Shown here piece by piece: positions 58,546 through 64,000 of a stretch of 64,000 nt of DNA (position 1 is the first letter of the stretch; every line of letters starts with the position of its first letter). The DNA lies in assembly GCA_050613775.1 (NCBI GenBank), contig JBODTK010000160.1, positions 186,001-250,000 of the forward strand, in the 5' to 3' direction. The notes beneath the pieces were generated by a model, which did not search any database, was not told the DNA's origin, and saw only the letters and a program-made list of their open reading frames with translations. This stretch comes from Neocallimastix sp. 'constans'. Its lineage: Eukaryota. The position numbers and the translations under genes are program-made.

Positions 58546-59373
58546 TTTATAATAAGCAATATAATTTCATTTATTAACAATAATTGTATTACTATAGAAG
58601 AAAAAAAAAAAAAAAAAATTTGTGTAATATAATTACATCTATTAATAATAATTGTATTACACAAATTTTATTATTGTTGTTATTATAATAATAATTTAAA
58701 TTTATTTAAATTTAAGATTATTATTATTATTATTATTATTATAATTATAATAATAACTTAGATTTATTTATTTTTTTTAATTCAAAAATATTATTTATAA
58801 AATATTATATATATAATAATATATTATATATATTATTAAAAGAAAAGGGAAATTTTACTTTTATATATATATATATTTTTTTTTGTGTTATAATAAAAAA
58901 AATTGTAAAAAAGTTAATAATATATCTATTTTTTATTTATATATTAAACTTTACTTTTTATATTTTTTATAATTTTTTATTTATTAATTTTTTATATTAT
59001 TATTTTTTTTTTTTTTTTACTTTTTATGTTTTTTATAATTTTTTTTTATATATATATTATTTTATAACAAAAGATAACACAAGATATATATATATATTAA
59101 ACTTTATTTTATATTATTTATTATTATTATTATTATAATTATTTTTATCTTATTTATAAGATATATATCTTGTGTTATCTTTTGATATTAGGGGGCAAAA
59201 AAAAAAAAATTCATTTTATATTTTATTATTTATTATTATTATTATTATTATAATTGCCCTCTTATTTATGAATATTTTCAAAAAAGTTAATAAACATTAA
59301 ACAAAAACAATTTATTATAAAAAGGCTATGAATATAAATATTTTACCCTTCATTATTGTGAGAATTATTTCAT

Positions 59374-59421
<48 letters not shown>

Positions 59422-60562
59422 TTATATAATATAAATATATAAATAAATAAATAAATAAATTCAATTAATTAATAAATAGGCTTTAAGTTTGAAATTTGAA
59501 ATAGAACAATATATAATAAAATAACATATATTGTTATTATTATTTCACTATAATATAATATATATATTTATTATTATTCAATTTATATATAAATATTATA
59601 ATATTTATTTATATTATGATTTACTCTCATTTTCACCCACAATCCCATCCCTCTTATCACCGTCATCACCATTACTTCTGTTATCCACCTCCACAAAACT
59701 CTATTTCTATTTTAAAAGATAGCATTTTAAAAAAAGGCAAAAAAAAAAGGCAAAAAAAAAAAAAACCTCCACAAAAAAAACAGTATATTAATAAAAAAAA
59801 AAAAAAATAATAAACAGAAATAAATAACAATTCTTCGTTTTTTTTTTTTTTATGCTTATTATAATTATATATTTATTTAATAAATTATATTTTATAAATA
59901 TTGATATTGATATTGATATTGATATTGATTATTGATATTAATATTAATATATATAGATTTTTTTTTTTTTTTTTTTTTTGTACTTAAATAATATGAATGC
60001 TTAAACGCTAATGATGTTTATGATTATTCATACATATAGTATAGTGTTATTGCTTATTGTTATAAATATTTTATAAAATTTCTATATATATTTTCTTATA
60101 TTATTAATATATAATATTATCATACAACTCTTTTTTTATCTAAAAAAAAAATAATATAATAATATTATATTTATTTTTCCTTTTCTTTCTTTTTTTTCTT
60201 CTTTTTCTTTTTACTTTTACTTTTAAGTATGTATTATTAATTTTACTTTTTATGAAAATAAATTTAAAATAAATAATATTTCTTAAAAAATAAAAATAGA
60301 AAAAAAAAAAAAAATTTAAAAATTTATATAATTTATTTCAAATTGATATTCAAATAAAAAAAAAAAAAAATTTTTTTTTTTTTATTCATTTATTTATTGT
60401 TTTTTATTTTAATCCTTAACTTTAATTTTTTTTTTTTTTCTTAAATTAATTATTTTTTGTAATAATAAAAAAATTGATATTACAATATATTTATTTTAAA
60501 ATTTATTTATATTTATTTGTTGTATATTGTTTAGTGCGTAATCATAAATGGTAAGACCTTAC

Positions 60563-62167
60563 TTATAATCTATTTTCGACTTGATTCCATAATTTATTGG
60601 TTGGCTTAACGAAAGTAAAGATAGCACTAATACCTACCATAATGATAGTAGTGATAATAAAAACAACTGTCTTATTGATATTACCATCCTTAATAATATC
60701 AATGAGACCACCAACCCAGAAGACAGCAATACTAAGTGGTAAAATGAATCTAATAATAATAATCCACCAAGTTCCTACCTTTATTGATTTACTACGATCA
60801 TTAAGGGTTTTCAAAGTTCTCTTAATAGGGAATATCCATGCAAAAATAATACATTCAATAATAGTACAGAAAAGAGCCAATATATTGTTGATGTAGGTAT
60901 CGACGTAATCTAATAAAGTACTACCATACTTTGAAGAAAAGAGTAAGGAGAGAATAGCACCAATAACAATAACAAGAGAAGCAGATTTCTTACGATTGAT
61001 GTTAAACTTATTTTGAATACAGAATGAAATTGGTTCAACCATAGATAAAATACTAGTTAAACCAGCAAGGAAAACAGTAATAAAGAAGGCTGGACCAAGA
61101 ACACGTCCAAATTTACCTAATACATTAATAACAGCTGGGTAGGCAACAAATACTAAACCTGGACCACCATTAACTAAACCTTCTTTTTTCAATTGAGAAA
61201 ATGGAATATTCTTTAAATTGGCCATATAACCCAAAACAGAGAATACACCCAAAGCACAGAAGTTTTCAAAAAGACTGTTGGTAATAGCAATAGTAATAGC
61301 GTTTGAAATTAAATCTGTTTTTTTTCCAGAATATCCAGCGTAAGTGAAAGCCAAACTTACACCTAAACTCATAGAGAAGATAATTTGTCCGAAGGCAGAA
61401 GTCCACATTTTAAATTCACCTAAAGATTCCCATTTAGGATGGAATAATTCATTTAAACCAACGGAAGCACCATCTAAAGTTAAAGAATAGATGACAATGA
61501 AAATCATAATAATGAAAAGAATTGGAACTAAAACCTTACTAACATTACCAAGACCTCTTTCTAAATCTTTGTGAGAAATAAACCATATAACGACCCAACA
61601 AGCAATCATAGTAAGAAGAATAGTTGGAACAAACTTGAAAAGACCTGAAGCTTCTTCGGTACTCTTTAATAAAACATTTCCAAAGAAATCACCTGGTTGA
61701 TCTCCCCAGCCCTTGTAGAAACTAAGAACAACATAGATAGCAATCCAACCAATAACAGCTGAATAGTAAACCATAATACCTGAAGTACATAATGGAACAA
61801 TCCATCCTAAGAACTCAAACTTGCTGTTGAGCTTGTATAAAGCTTTAGCAAATGAAGATTTAAAGTTATAACCAACAGCATATTCTAAAATTAAAAATGG
61901 AATACCGAAAATAAGAAGAGCTACAATATATGGAATATAGAAAGCACCACCACCATTACTGTATAAAACGAATGGGAATCTCCAAATATTACCTAAACCT
62001 ACAGCTGAACCAATCATAGCTAAAAGGAAAGATAAATTACTTCCCCATTCATTACTTTTTTCATTATTTACAATTTTTGTTTCTTTTTCTTCGAGAGTAG
62101 CTGGAGCTTGAACTTCTTTTTCTTGCTCGATTTGGATATTACTTATATCAATATTATTGGGAGCCAT
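60563..62167 (-). CDS. Sodium-dependent transporter, NSS/SNF (SLC6) family, prokaryote-type
   Basis: GSAVGLGNIWRFP, NGGGAF.IPY, GQIIFSMSLG and GPGLVFVAYP signatures; many hydrophobic segments; intronless. Confidence 0.93.
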   Translation of the reverse strand: MAPNNIDISNIQIEQEKEVQAPATLEEKETKIVNNEKSNEWGSNLSFLLAMIGSAVGLGNIWRFPFVLYSNGGGAFYIPYIVALLIFGIPFLILEYAVGYNFKSSFAKALYKLNSKFEFLGWIVPLCTSGIMVYYSAVIGWIAIYVVLSFYKGWGDQPGDFFGNVLLKSTEEASGLFKFVPTILLTMIACWVVIWFISHKDLERGLGNVSKVLVPILFIIMIFIVIYSLTLDGASVGLNELFHPKWESLGEFKMWTSAFGQIIFSMSLGVSLAFTYAGYSGKKTDLISNAITIAITNSLFENFCALGVFSVLGYMANLKNIPFSQLKKEGLVNGGPGLVFVAYPAVINVLGKFGRVLGPAFFITVFLAGLTSILSMVEPISFCIQNKFNINRKKSASLVIVIGAILSLLFSSKYGSTLLDYVDTYINNILALFCTIIECIIFAWIFPIKRTLKTLNDRSKSIKVGTWWIIIIRFILPLSIAVFWVGGLIDIIKDGNINKTVVFIITTIIMVGISAIFTFVKPTNKLWNQVENRL

Positions 62168-63609
62168 TTTTTTTTTTTCTTTCTTGACTTCTTAACTTAA
62201 ATTAAAAATTTTCTTTGTTTTTACCTCTATTTTATTACTTGTTTTATTTATTTTCCTTGCTTAAATTAATAGTTTATTTATTACTTCTACTGTAAATAAT
62301 AAATAAACTGTTCTTTATTTTATATTTATTTATATTATTTTACAATAATATCAATTTAATAATAAACTTTAAAAAAAAAAAAAAAAAAAAAATAAAAATA
62401 AAAAGAAAAATAAAATTTAAACAAAAACTATTTTATTAAAAATGTCTAAATATTTTCACATGACAGATGTGAGGTTGAAAAGGGGAGAAATAACCAATAA
62501 TAAATAAATCTATATATTTTTAATAAATTCTATGATATATATCTATATATTTTTAATTAATTCAATGACATACCAATCTATATATTTTCAATTAATTCAG
62601 TAATATATATCTCTACTAATGTTTAATAATCTAAATTTTGTATATATCTATGTTTAATAATTTAAATTATATATCTATATATGCTTAGTAAATTAAAATG
62701 TATATATTTATATATAATTAATTAAGTCATTATATTCCTATTGATTATAATATATATTTAATCAACTATCCAAATAAATTATTAGGTTACCATTGGTTAA
62801 AAGAACAATTAATTTAAAACAATATAAAAAATTTTTATAGAGTGAAATAATATATATAAATTGATTAATTAATAATTAATTTATTATATATTAGTTAATT
62901 TAATTTTTAATAAATGAATAATTAAATAATAACTTAAAATATTATAAAACAATATTTAAATGTACATATTTTTAATTATAATTATTAGTAAAAAACATTT
63001 CTTTAACTATTTAAAATATATATTAATATATTGAATAATTAAATAGAAATAAAAAAAAAAAAGGAACTTTTTTTCTTTTTTTAACTGTATATAAACATAG
63101 ATTTATAATTTATTATTATTATTATTAATATATATATATATATATATAATTTTTTTTTCATTGTATTTCGTTTTAAAATTCACATTAAGGATATAAACTT
63201 AATTATAATAATAATATTTTAAATAATATATGAACTTATTTTTCACTAAATATTAAGAAATATTATATTATGGTTTAAAATAATTTTTTTATTAATTATT
63301 GTTTAAATTAATTAATTGAACAGATTTTTTTCTTAAAATGTTTTTTTTTTTTAATTTTTTAATTTATCTTTTTCTGAAGGAAAAATAAATATTTATTTAA
63401 GAAATTATAATACTTCTATAAAGTCTATTATTATTATAACAATATTCTATTTATTGTTATAAATCCATTACTAAGAATTTAAATTAATAGTTAATAAAAC
63501 AAATAAAATATTTGGTAGTGAATATATTTATAAAATAATTAATATTTAATAACAATTGAGGGCAATAAATCATATTTAAAATTAATTATTAAATTGAGGG
63601 CAATTTGAA

Positions 63610-63641
<32 letters not shown>

Positions 63642-64000
63642 CTTATAATTTAAATATAATTTTTAATGTAGTGGCCACCAAAAAATTTTTGTACATAGTG
63701 ATACATTACATTGTCTAACTTTATTCTATATAATATTTTAATTTAACTTAGAAAACAACAATATTAAATTTTATTTAAATTGTTAATCTGATAAATGAAT
63801 ATTTTGATAATTTTTTTTTTTTGTTTTTTAGTAGACAATTAGTGAAAACATTAATTCAAAAAATAAATATAACCATTTTTAAATTATTCTGTCTTTTTTA
63901 ATTTTATATCTTCATTTACAGTACTGTTATGGTAATAGTTTATTTATTTTTTTTTTTTTGTTCATACAATATAATTACGGCAATAGTTTATTTCTTCTTT

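Overview
Extremely AT-rich eukaryotic DNA with long poly-A/T runs, microsatellites and few genes, all intronless. Composition and gene content (bacterial-type secreted esterase, GH10 xylanase relic, prokaryote-type NSS transporter) suggest an anaerobic gut fungus (Neocallimastigomycota); this is inference. The first 47 kb is a tandem cluster of a small (123-130 aa) basic protein family I do not recognise. It has 7 intact ORFs, 2 full-length pseudogenes, one 3' fragment and two apparent CDS-less 'ghost' units. The cluster shows CDS-limited homogenisation, a chimeric copy, 5.6-10.5 kb segmental duplications and a conserved palindrome downstream of the stop. Interspersed are a tRNA-headed SINE-like element (encoded CCA, T tail, 15-bp TSD), a structured poly(A)-ended island, pieces of one LTR family (solo LTR, fragment, and a back-to-back pair forming a ~700-bp inverted repeat), a Ty1/copia gag relic and a LINE relic with an inverted 5' part. 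The right end holds the esterase, the GH10 pseudogene and the NSS transporter. Coordinates of degraded elements are approximate and were read by eye.
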